Program-made: the position numbers and the translations under genes
Part shown: piece by piece, positions 26,401 to 39,300 of the stretch
Layout of the letters: each line of letters begins with the position of its first letter
Numbering within the stretch: the first letter of the stretch is position 1
Assembly: GCA_036172245.1 (NCBI GenBank)
Contig: JAYWIR010000014.1
Location: forward strand, 4,340,001 to 4,404,000
Source: Raillietiella orientalis
Taxonomy: Eukaryota
Length of the DNA stretch: 64,000 nucleotides
Direction of reading: 5' to 3'
Notes under the pieces: model-generated
Database searches by the model: none
Seen by the model: only the letters and a program-made list of their open reading frames with translations
Told to the model about the DNA's origin: nothing

Positions 26401-28765
26401 AAGCTCTCGAATTTGCATTCTCATGATTCATTTCTTGATGTGAATGAAAAAATGCGCTCACTCTTTCCAGTTTTCAGAATTGCCCGTTCAGTGTAACTAT
26501 CCAGATATCGGCTAATGAAGCTGTGCACATCTTTTGTGCTACATTTACGAAATGTATTTCATTTCCTTGTTTTATTTTCTTCCTTTGAAACATATTTTTA
26601 TATGTTAACTAATGCAAAGAATCATATATTGCTGACGATGTTAGGATTAACAGAAAAACCTTCCCAATTTAATTCTAAATTCTTATTAAAGATTCTAATT
26701 CTTATTAATGGAATCCTTTGAGTATTTTAGTTTACAATATTTCTATAATTTATGGTAGCTGTTGAAAAACTCCATTTTTCCCTCAGAATGACAGACTTAT
26801 TTAAAATAAAAGTTTTCCTTCTTTGCGTAAAACTGGAATTAAGTTTCATCACTTTATCCCATGGATCAAATTAATGTTATTAAATTGAACTAAATTCAGG
26901 ATTCAAATCTGTTGTAATTATCTGGAATACTACTACCTGATCGAATCATTGTCAATGCAGATTTTCTAATCTGCGTTAAGCTTTCTTCATCTGCTTGTTG
27001 CTTTCGACAAATGGGTAGTACACTTTTATATAAAATAATATTCTCACTGATTTTAAGCACGATGGAGAATATCTTAAATCGAAATGAGCAAATATTCTGG
27101 TTTGAGAAATGAGAATATCTAGGAAATGAAGTAAGGAAATCATGACATTTTGAATCGTATTTTCATAAATGTGGGCGTTACGTTTAACTCTTTATTTGGA
27201 TAATCACAATTAAAGGAAATAATAATTAAAACACTATCAGAACGGGATCCATCTGAAGTTAAATACGAAATCATTGATTTTATGAAAACCAAGTGCCATT
27301 AGAGAGACCTTATACTTCACAGAAAGCACAGAACTCGAAATCAGCTCTCTCCATATAATGCGCTTGTTGGAAGAGAAAACAGAGATATTAGGTTCTTTCA
27401 AATACAAATTATTTTTGATCCGTAACGTAATTGCATGTTGCTCGTTTTTAGTTAGGCTTTACAGACAAATGCCCAATAATTCAAGAACGATTAGTGCACA
27501 CGATTGTACAACTCTTCATTTGGAAATGTTAAGTTTTCCAGGCATCTCGAGTTGGCACATAACACAACCCAAAGTTCATTTCTAATCCTGAAAACATCTG
27601 ATTAGAAGATTACAATGTTTACAAACTATGAAAATAAATATGTATCACCCATAAATGGAAACACAAAGAATGGATTTTTATCCAGTTCACACGGTAAATT
27701 ATGCTGAATTTGTATTCAAGCATAAAGAACTACGATGAGTTTTCACATTTCATGAAGCGATGAGGTCACATCTAAGCTGGCATATGACTTTCAGTTCAAT
27801 TTTTCGATTCATCTATTAAAAATAGCGAATTCTTGAAGATCTTAGATCTTGCCTTGTCTGCAATGAAAATGGTTGCAAAAGTTCTGTAGATATGAGTTTC
27901 TTCAATGGAATTTACAATAAACTGAAACCATTATTAAGTATACCATGAATTTTAACTGTTAATACAAATTTAATAGTGAAATCAATAGCTTGGTTGTGAT
28001 ATATTATCATTTCTTTGCAAGTGTTAAGGTAGGAGCTAGGAAGATGTATAAGTAACGAAGGCTATATGTGAGTTCAAGAGTACAGTAAATCTGTACTTGG
28101 GGTTCTCATTCTATGCAATGTAACATCCTGCTCACTTTGTAAATGTATTCAGCTAAATATTTGCGTGCTCTTATGGAAAGAATCATTGGACCAAGCGACT
28201 TCGTGATGCATGAGAATTATGGAATCTAATCAAATATTTTCATATCGGACTTTTTCTGTTAAATAATTTTATTCGGAAAATTTTCTATAGCCAATTTTAT
28301 TTAAAAAAGGTCGGAGTCGGTTTTTGGAAATAAAATAGCATACATTTAGCACAGTTGCTTCAGTTTTTCTATTAATGCGCGTTTCTAAATCTGATGGAAC
28401 GTTTCTTCAATAATCAAAATCACAAACCATGTCGCTTTTATGTCTTGATAGATTTTGCCAGTTTTCAAAAATAATTTTTGAAGGAATCTCTACATTCATT
28501 ATTATCTAATAATATATGATCTGATGAAGATTGGAAACGGACAGAATTGGAGAGCAATAAATAGATACTATTAGCACCTCTATTTAAAATCAAAAGCTAA
28601 ATGAACATGACTAGGGTTTTTTAGTTTTGCTAATTGAATTTCTGATTTCATTATTAACAATGTTTGAAAATAAAAATATATTTCTTCAAAATAGTGAGGG
28701 TAACAGTTAAGTGCACATGAACAGTTACTTACAAAACGCACGTGTTTTCGTGGTGCTATGAAACC

Positions 28766-31700
28766 ATGTCTTCAGATGTAAGGTTAATGCAGTTTTCTCC
28801 CAATTCAGAGTACTTGGGTTTGTGTTGTTCTGATGGATCACTAAATATTTGGAATACTTCTAGTGGTATTCTTAAGCAAAAATATACCCCCAGCTCTCAC
28901 CTGTCGAGTGGTTGCACATGCATATCTTGGAAACCATCGGAAGTTGAACGTGTATGTATTCCAAAATCAGCATTTTTTATTATTTTCATACCTCTAATTG
29001 AACGAAATTGACTTAATGAGTGAATGGTCACTTTTAAAATTGAAAATTATTTTCAATAAAAAGTTATGCATTATTTAATAATTGCTATGTTACAGTTTGT
29101 AATGGATTGATTTATTCAGGTTTCTAGAAAAACCAAGAAGAAACAAAAGTTTTGTTCTGATGAAAGTATTATTGCAATAGGCACTCGTAGTGGTTCAATT
29201 ATTTTGTACAGTGTTTCTAGAGGTGACATATTGTGCCATTTAAGTGGTGCCCATACAGCATCAGTGAGTGGACTGAGTTGGAAACAGAACATATTGTACA
29301 GTTGTTCATATGACTGCAGCATAGTTGAATGGGATTTAAGTAAAGAAAAAGTATCCAGGTATGTTATTTATTTCTAACTTCAAATTTCAATCCATTAACA
29401 TAGTTCGAATTTTTATTTGATGTTTAAATCAAAGTCAATGAAGATTTCTGTTTTTGCATCCCAAAGTGCGAAATGTTATAAAATGAACTTGATAATTATG
29501 TTTATTTTGAAATTGAACTGAAATTTCAAATCAGATTATAAAAGGAAAGATTTTTTAAGTAGCGCATTTTAAAATGCGTTACTTAAAAAAATTGATCATT
29601 TGTTGAAAATTAGATTTTACATCTATCTAATCAACTATTACTAACAACAACTACCTATTCATGGTTTTTGCGTAATTGTGATAGAATTTGCGATGCTTTT
29701 AAAATTATATTCCCCTGCCTTTGGTTATGTACTTGATATTTCAAAAGTATTAAACTTTTATAAAAAGGTGTTTATTTTATAAAAGGCACTGAAGTTTTTT
29801 TTTGGTATTATGCATGCCAAGTTGGTAATGTTTTCATCACTGATACAGTTTCGTGTATCGAAAATCCTTGCATTACTTTATTTCTTCTGAGTTTCAAAGC
29901 TATATTAGAGTTCATGTGTTAGAAGAAATATGAAAAGGGGCTGATTTCAGCAGCTTTCTTAGAAATGATGAGTTAGGATAGGTCTTTATAATATCATGCA
30001 TCAGGGATGTAAATTATTGATATTACTTTTAGTTGTTGTTGTGCATTGTTGCAATATCTTATGGGAATGTCTTGGTATTTCGAAAAACTTCATGATTGGA
30101 AACATTAGGGTTTAAAATTGTTTTAATATCACTCTCTTATGATCTTAATATCAGGTAGTGCTTTAAACTTTAGGTTAATAGCAGATGAAGTTGTTTGGTG
30201 AGTTCTGTCTTCCTCAACTTGTTTTTCTTTATAAAGTTTGTAATAGGCAAGTAGAAAAGTATGAACACTGAATCCAATAGGAATTCACTTGTGAGCTGAA
30301 AGATTAAGAGCATCATGGAAATAAGGAACATATTCATATTTTCTTTTAATTTTGTAAATGAATTTTGAATTGAAGAATCATTTTTCCAAGTTATTTGTAT
30401 AAAAGAATTGTTTTTCTTGGAAGTAGTTTGAAAAGCTACAGAATGTTTTAAGTTTTTAAAGCCTACAGCAAATTATAATAACGTAGTAATTCTGGAAAGG
30501 AATATCCATTCATGGCACTGGAATTTTTGAAACATTTTTTTTTGTGATGGATTTGTATGTTTTTATGCAGAGTATTCATTTATGGTGAAGGTATTCATTT
30601 TCACCATAAATGCGTTGACAGTGTTCTGTCTTACGTATTATAATGAGAAGGAATGATGTAAAGCGAGGGTTCTGGATTAAGTTCATAGGTAGTTGTTTTC
30701 CTCCATAGCAAGGCTTCTTAAGATTAAAGCATATATGAGTGTTATGGCATCTTACAGCACTATTAAAAATATAGATGATCAAGATTTGAAATACTTGTTA
30801 ATGCTGAAGCACTTATGATTAATGGTTTTTAATACAGCATGATATTTGCAAAAGCTTGCAAATATTCTAGCATCATTTATATGATTTCAATTCAGAACTC
30901 TCTGCTGAAATTAAAAGTTCATTCACAATCTAGTGGAGAATTTCAGATAAGGTTCAATGATTTTTTCGAGGCTTATATAAAAAGAAGTTAATGAAAATCA
31001 ATCATTTGAAATTTGATACTGAGATAAATAAACATCTAAATCCATGTTTTGGGAAACACTGTTCGCATAATGTTTTCTGGATGTCTTCAATCAAAGCTTA
31101 AAATTTTCCAAAGGCAGCAATCAGTGTAAGCATAATTTCAAATAAATTCTTAATGAATGAAAATAGAATAAGAAATTGGTCTGGCAGAAAAAAGTTTGGC
31201 AGATTCATAAGAATTTGCATCAAGCAAAAAAAATAATTTGCAAATTGATTTACTTGGAAAAATAAGGAACATGTTAATAATACTGAGAGAAATGGTGAAA
31301 CCCTTCAAATGATTTTTGAACATGATTACATTAAAGTATGAAACCAATATATGCATTTCAGATGGGACTTATGTGTAAGGCATTTTCATTGATGAAATCA
31401 CTGTCCACCTTTTGAATTCAAAAGATTTGGGGATGTAATGGTATACCATCAGTCATGCTTTGTTCTTATTCTTCATAATCTGTTTCAGAAAATCTGGTTA
31501 TTTGGAGTGTCCTATTTTCTTCATGCGTGATTGTTTTATTTTTTCATATGAAAGCACAGGATATAAACTGGAAACTAATTATGGTAACTATAATGGTGTT
31601 ACATTACTGTGCATTCCTATGAAAGGATGTGCTCTGCAGAAAAAATCTACTGTGATTAATCCAAGTAACTGAAACTACATAAGTTGTATCAAAGACTCTA

Positions 31701-34700
31701 AATCACATTAGACTCTAATCACATTTTTCTTCAGAACATCATATTCAGAATCGGAGAAATGAACATTTTTCTGCATTAATATGATAAGGAATGCACAAAC
31801 AACTAGCTTGAACATGTAAATGTTCGTGTAGGAGCAGTATTTATACAAATTTTTCGAATTATTTTGGTATGGATTTTTTTTTTTTTTTACTTTATCTCCA
31901 TACATTGATGATTGGCTAGCAGAATTCGAGAATTTTGGATACTTATCGACGTTTTGTTTTCTTCCTTCAAAGACATTACAAGTACAAGGTTATTTTTAAA
32001 GGCAAGATTTTTATTACCTTTGTTGTCTTTATAAATTGCACCCTTCAGTAAGTGTTTGACATACTAAACACATTAAAACAACTCAAAGATCAATACTCAA
32101 AACAGTTGTTCCATCAATTTTTATAGCTTATTGTAAATATTTTCTCTGATGTATGATTGACTGATATGCTTGCTGTATTTAGATTTGTGTTTGGTCTACA
32201 TGTTTTATTATATGTGTAAAGTGCACTAAAGTATGTTTGATTAAATTTGATTGCCATTGTGTGTAACAGATTGGCCAAATATTTTTGTAGTGTTAAGGAA
32301 ATTCATTGTTTAGAAATTATTTATGATTCATTTATATGTATATCTTATTGCAAAGGTGCACAAATTGAATGTCCCTAAGTTTTTGTTATATATGCTGTTT
32401 GAATTATAAAAAATTCTGAATGCGAATTGCCTTAAGTGAGCATGTGAATTCAGTCTGATTTTGGATAAACTATCACAATGTACAATCATTTGTTTTTTAT
32501 ACGGATTTTTTATTTGATAACTTGCAAAACTTAGCAATTAATTTAGCAAAAGAGGAATTCCCAAGAAATGCTGGAATCCAACGAAAAATGCATGATTCTT
32601 GATAGTTGCATATACATATACTGGTTGTTATCTGTGTGTGAAGGTAATGAGAATTAAAGAGTAATGAGAGTAAATGGCAAAGGTGCACAAATAAATTTCT
32701 AAAAATATGTATCAAATCCATAAACAAGTTACAGAAGTTTCGTGTTACATAATGTAAAAATAATTACCCAAGATTTGTTGTGTGATTTACAGTATTCATT
32801 TGAATTCCACAGATTTTGTTTAAAAAAAATTTTTAATTTAAAAAACTGGATCACATCACAAATGTAATGTGTGCAATGAGTCTTGGCTTAAGTTTTCATT
32901 CCTTGTAATCTTTATGTGTTTCTGCAAACAAAGTTTTATGACTCTTTTGCCCTTTACCCAGGTTGTCCTTGAGATCTGCTGCCACTTCAGTATGTATGCA
33001 TGTTTTATTTATGTTTAGAAGGGAATGGATCAAGTGATGTTTCGCCAAGATATATCTAATTTGCCAAGATAAATCTTTGGCAAAATATTCACATCATTTT
33101 TTCAATTAGATATGAATCATTAGTTTCATTATTGGTGTTGTTATGTTCTTGTGATGTAAACTGCAAATTGGCAAAGAAAACTTTGAATATGTAAACTGAA
33201 GATGCAAAATATGCACTTTAAATTTTTGATAAGCAGAAAGCAAGTATTGGGGTTCCACAGACTGGCACTGAAATGAAAATTTCAGGTTAATAATACAAAT
33301 AAATGCTTGTTTCATAAGAAATGCACATATCTTAAGAGATTGTTGAAATACTTGCATCTTTAATATGAATCAACATGTGGCTGTGTTATGGATATCCAGA
33401 ACTTCATCAAAAATGTCAACGTGTCAGGTTATTTGATTAAAAAAAACGCCAACTTTTTTAAGGTATGGCAACAAAATACTGATGAAAAAACTATAATTGA
33501 TAAATGAGGAAATACGTTTATGAGCTTACTTCAAGTTTATTGCTTTATTTTGGTCATGAAGATGACAGATTGCTTTGTCAACAAGAATGCTCACCTGGTC
33601 TTAATACTAATTTGTTATTTTTAAGCAGTATATAAAAGAAAGTTTTTTTTTTTTTGTTTTTATTCATTCGCATGTGTGAATCCTTGCAAGGAATCACTTT
33701 ATAAGTGATTGTTTTTTCTTCCATAACTTGATCAAAGGCTCTTTGTAAGTTTCCTACTTATCAGTTACCAAGGGATGCTACATCATCTGATGACATTGTA
33801 TAAATTTTCAAGTACTTTGATTTTAATTGGAATGTTACTGTAACGTCTCGCTGTCATTCTTCGTAGAACTTGCTTCATTCCTTGAAATGATCACCAAAGT
33901 GTTGATAACGGAAATTGATTTTTCAGTTAATGTAAACTTTCGAGCTGACATGCCTACACCAAAATACATAAATGGTGTGCTAAACACATACAAGGCAGTT
34001 GGAAATTTTATTGTCCTGAATACCTGTTCTTAAGTAAATATTCCATTTGAAAACAGTTGACTCTTAAAAAGAAAAATAATACAAGTATAGTTGTTGGACT
34101 CTTTGAGATATATACAAGAGAACTCTAAAGGGGGGGGGGGGGTGAAGGAGCGATAACATCTGCTATTACGGAATCCTCAACATAGAAATAATGTTCAATT
34201 GATTTAATTATGTAAAGGTCTGAAAACCTTTCGCAAATAATTAGAGTAGTTAAAAAGCATCAAGTGAATAGGATGATGTATGATCCGAAATTGGGCAAGG
34301 GAGGTTGAGACCTATGCTTTCAGCCAGAGTTGAAAAATGTAAGAGAATGTGGACAATGAGTATAGAATGGAAGTTGATTTTAAAGTCAGGTGTAAAATTT
34401 ATTTAATTACTTTAATTTATTTTGTATATTATAATTCGATTGATTATTTGAATTGTGGGTGATTCATTTATTGGGATACAAATGTTATGCGAATTGTTTT
34501 CTGCTGGAAAACTGCACCATTTCAACCATAGACGTTGGTCAAGTTCGAACATCTTTAGTGCAAATTTAACACAGATAATGTGGAATTCTTTGCTTAATTT
34601 AAGAACCTGTTTTACTTTTGTAGACAGTGGAGGAATGGCCACACACCTGTGCAAAGTATTGTTGCTGTTGTTAGTGATCCATTTTTGATATCTGCAAGTA

Positions 34701-36288
34701 AAAGTCTTTCTTGGTGGAATTTAGATACGCTAGAAATTATTCAATCTTTCCCGGGCCACACATGTGATGTGGTGAAATTATTCCATGTACCTTTTACAAA
34801 TGAAAATAGTAAGGCTGGCTATGTTATCAGTGTTGGAAACACAGATCGTATTATTAACATTTGGTGAGTAGGAACTGTTCAATTAATGAATTACATGAGC
34901 TTGCAGGAATTTACAAGACGGCAGTACAAACGCTGTAGCATCTTGTATTTGTGAAGATGAAGTAACCTTGGTGGAATTGAGACTATTGCAACAAGAAGGT
35001 TGCATTGCCTTAAGTGTTGTGTGCAGGACAGGAACATGTCACATATTTGTGCATATGCTGAATGGGTATAACAAAAGCAGATGGATGAAACACGAATGCA
35101 CGAACATTGTATACTTTAGGTATTGCACAAAGCCGATCCAACCGCAATATTCCGTTCAGATTGCTACAAATAACCCACAGAATGGACAGGTTCCACATGT
35201 GGTACCTATCCTCAGTTGTCTGGCAGATAGTGATTTGCTGCTGGTATATGGATCCTTTCAGAAACCTGTATTTGAGAAATTCGTAAGTTGCATGATTTGT
35301 GATTCGAAACATACATAAAATACATGCCTTCCAGGAGTTGAGGACAATGGAAAAAGTAACATATCTAGTAAGGCAGAATGTCTCTGACAATACTTTCCAA
35401 TCAGAATCACGAGCTTCAAATAAGGGGAAAATGGATGAGGAAACAACTTTCCTAACTCCTTCTCAGCTAGCAAGCTCTCACGGATGCATAAAGCACAAAA
35501 TATCTGAGCCAGAATTGCATCAGCTTCCCATGGAGGAACGACTCAATGCATTAGCTTTGGAAAAAGGACTGGAAAAGGAGTTCCTAAATACACATCATAT
35601 GGCTAATCTGCTGGTGCAGGGACTTCAGAGTGAGGATGTCCGTATCTTGCAAAGTGTATTACACTGTGAAGATGAGCAAGTCATTCTGAACACTGTGCGT
35701 CGACTACCTATTCATATGATAATCCCAATGCTGAAAAACATCAAACAATGGCTGTGTTGCTGTAGCCAACTGTAAGTAGAATCAGGGCATGAGCAACTTG
35801 TAAATTAGCTATAACTGGTTATAGAACTTCATCATATGTGAAATGGACTAGAGCTGTGCTTCAGGCACATTCATCTTTTTTGATGAGCACAGATAATGAG
35901 GAAGTGCTAGGATCCTTATATCAATTGATTCAATCTCGCCGAGATATTCTAGGTCAACTCTTATCACTGAGAGGACGCCTCGACTTAGTTCTAAGTCAAG
36001 TGTCACACAGGCAAGAAGACTCTACCATGGAGCCAAATAACTTATCCCATTTGGTACTTCACGATGGTAAGAACTGAAAATTTTAGCATGCTGGAGTTCT
36101 GTTCATCATGCCGACTAGAATCATCAGAAGAAGAAAACATTTTGGAAAACATCCTTCACCCATCAGAATCTGAAGACAATTGGGAAGAAGCTTCCCCAAA
36201 GGCTGATCCTATGGAAGAACAGGATGCAAATGTGAGCTCTGATGATGACGAACTACCAAACTCTGGTGACGAAACAGAATCGTGCTAA
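28766..36288 (+). CDS. WDR43: WD repeat-containing protein 43 (UTP5, SSU processome), 8 exons, ~611 aa
   Basis: Exons 28766-28951, 29120-29358, 34624-34863, 34907-35065, 35120-35282, 35335-35771, 35825-36066, 36119-36288 join in frame (1836 nt). Motifs: FSP..EYL..C.SDG.L.IWNT..G.LKQ.YTPSSHLS..CTCISW, LNGYC.KP, LLVYG....P.FE, LL.QGL.S.D...L..VL, VRRLP...IIP.L, W..AVL..H, L..LRGRLDL, acidic tail. Confidence 0.95.
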
Positions 36289-36341
36289 CTACTTCGCACA
36301 GAATATATTTATATATAAGTGTGTATAGAGGTTATTCATTG

Positions 36342-39300
36342 TTATTCACTGTCAAGCGTCATCTTCAAGTGCTTGGAAGTTGGCTCTTCAGACTGCGTAC
36401 TTTCTTGTGAGTAAAACTGCAAAATTGGCCATCAATCAAGTATATCAGTAAGAAAGGAAAAATAGCAATACACAAAGACAACTTTTTCCTTCTTTATATA
36501 CATACTTGCTTTTGTTCCTTGGAAAGAGATTTGAAATTGGAGATGGCCAGCTGTATGAGTTCTTCAACTGGTAAATCAGGGTGTTCCTTCAGAAGTTGTT
36601 TTCGATTACATTCATACCATCGTTGAAATCCAGTTTTAAGAATTTGTGGTTTGCTATTTGTTTGCTTTGCTGAATAAGCATCCTAGGTTTTTTATTTTTG
36701 TCTTGCTTTTTACAGATGGCATGCATATAAGTACCTTGAGTGCTAATGAAGAATCCCGCTTTTTTCCTGGTTGTTTACTTTCTAATGTGTCGAACAATTT
36801 GCTGGTCAAGGGTCCTTTGGCATTCTCAGAAGAAACGTAATTTTTTTTGAAAGGATTACTTGTCATGATATTGGGAATACTTTCCTGGACATCCCACTTT
36901 CTATTTTTCATGTTCAATAAAGGATTATCCAGTATGTTTTCTGACATATCAACTGTTGCATTTGCATGTTCAGGAATTTTTTGTTTCAATGTGGAACTTT
37001 CATCACTCAAGTATGTGAGATTTGCAACAGAATTGCTATCATTCTGTAGCCTAGAAGAAACCATTTGAGTCAAACGCTGTGTCAAAGTCCCCATATGCTG
37101 CCGGTTTGCATATTTGATTGCTAGCTGTATTGCATGTGGAGTGGTCATTAGATGAGCAATGTCTTCTGCACGGCTTTGGCATTCAGTTTTGCAAGCCATC
37201 TACCAAAGATATGAAGACTAATTCTCTTAGATACAGAAAGATAGATACGTACTGCAAACAATTTCATGAGAGTGGTTTGAATTTTTCCTTCTGAATCTTT
37301 GGCAACAGAATCCATATTTTGTGTTTTGCACAATGTCTTCCATAACAATAAATTATGTGCATAATCTTCTTCTAATTGTCCACGTTCAGTAAGCATCTCA
37401 CAAAAAGGAATCTGAAGAGCCCTAGACTGATATCAAACAACAATAGCTCACCTGCAGTCCCACTGTGATTATGGTGGGTAATGGCAGGGTGAGAGGATAA
37501 CGACATCCATGGCATAACACACAACGCATCAATCTGTTAGTTTCGCTAACTCCCAAAACAAAATACCAATCATTATCATTTGATAGCTAGTGAGAAATAT
37601 AGCCATCAGTTTGAGAGTAAAAATTTCTGCAGTTTTCAAATTATCTTCTGCTAAATCTCATTGCACCCACTCAATACAATAAAAACAAATATCTCTTTTA
37701 AACCTTGACCTCCAGTTGAATACAGCACATTTTAAAGTAAACCAATGAAATAAAGATGCAAAGATATTTCTTATTCTTCGTAATTTTTTAAAATCCATTA
37801 AATTATGGTTGGCAAAAAAAACACCTCATTACAAAATGACAAAGCAAAAAAAAAAAGATACCAAAAGAGTCAGAATTTCTTGATTATGTGCATGCAACTT
37901 GAAATAATCTCCTTGGCATCTCAATAAGTTGGTAAATTCAATAAATTAGCTAGATAACAAAGGATACTATTTCAGAGATATCAAACCAATAGCCTTATAA
38001 AATTTTAAAATGCTGACAGGTACAGCTAGTTATAACATGAATGTGCCAGCATTTTTTTAATACTGACTTGTTTGTTTTATAACTGGCTGTGTCTACATTT
38101 GAAAATTTTCAGACAAACTTTTCATGAAGAAACTGAGCGACTTAACTTGACTAAAATTGAAAAATTCAAATGTACATCAAGTTCCCAATTTTTCATCTGA
38201 ATCAAATAGTCCCTGCAATCTTTGCAATAAAGGCAGAGAATTGTTAATGTTGATGTATTACACTTTCGATGTGAGCTTGTTCGACAAAAGCCTAAAAAAC
38301 TTTTGCAGAATTTCTTAGATGGAACTCTTTTTGTTAGTCAAAAGTTAAATAACTCTTTCTCTCAGTTGGATACCAACAGATTTGACCTGAATCAAGGTGG
38401 TGCCAAGATTTTTTTCATATTAAAAGCATCAGAGATACAACTCTTTTTCTAGCTTTCAGGGATACCTGCCTTTCATGGCAAATTTTAACACACAAAACTT
38501 CAGTCACAATAGAAGTTAACCTAAACTAACATTTTAATACTTCTATTTAGCTCATATTATGTATGTGTATTCTCACTACTTGTAAAGCTTCTGAACTTGA
38601 AAAAATTCAAATCATTAATCATTTAAATCATGGGTTTAAATTATTCAGTCTTCTTACTTGAGGCTTGCAAGCGTTAATGAGTATTTATTAATCAGACTTC
38701 AAGTTTTTTCGATAAGCAACTTATAATAATACGTAATCAACCAAAATTTTCATTTAGTAATAATTTTCTAGGATTCAACACATGAAATTTTCTCCTACTG
38801 AACATGGAGCACAGTTAAACACAAAGCTCGAGAGCACAGTTGCACAAACATAGAACATGGAGCACAAGGAAAGTTCTCACATCTTGCAAAAAGTACCGAA
38901 TATTCTGTACACATGCTCTTTGTAAACAACTAATTTTCCTACAGATCAATTTTTCATGCTTTAAAGATAATGAGCTTTTGTCTCAATTGATTTTTCCATA
39001 ATAATTTATTAATGGGAAACTTGTGTTGGATGCACAGAAAAGATAGGTCTGTTTTGCTCATCACCCAAAAATGCTTGAACATTCCCAAATAGCATTCTTA
39101 TTAAAAAAAACTTTTTCCTATGGCTAACATTGGTATCATTAGTCTAAACCTCAAGGCATCAGAAAATACTCAAAGGGAAAATTGAATAATTTAAAACATA
39201 TTACTGCCTTCGCTTCATATGCAGAAAAATCGCTAATGGAGAAAATATCTGATAAAGATTGCTACCTGGCTAACCAATTTTTGTTTCCACATCCCTGTTC

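Noticed and set aside
26100..26520. Purine-rich, coding-like stretch (possible Helitron or other TE relic)
   Set aside because: Multiple stops in all frames and no diagnostic motif.
29359..34623. Intronic box C/D snoRNAs, as hosted by vertebrate WDR43
   Set aside because: Isolated box C-like heptamers (for example near 29965) lack a suitably spaced CTGA box D and terminal stem. An Infernal search would be needed.
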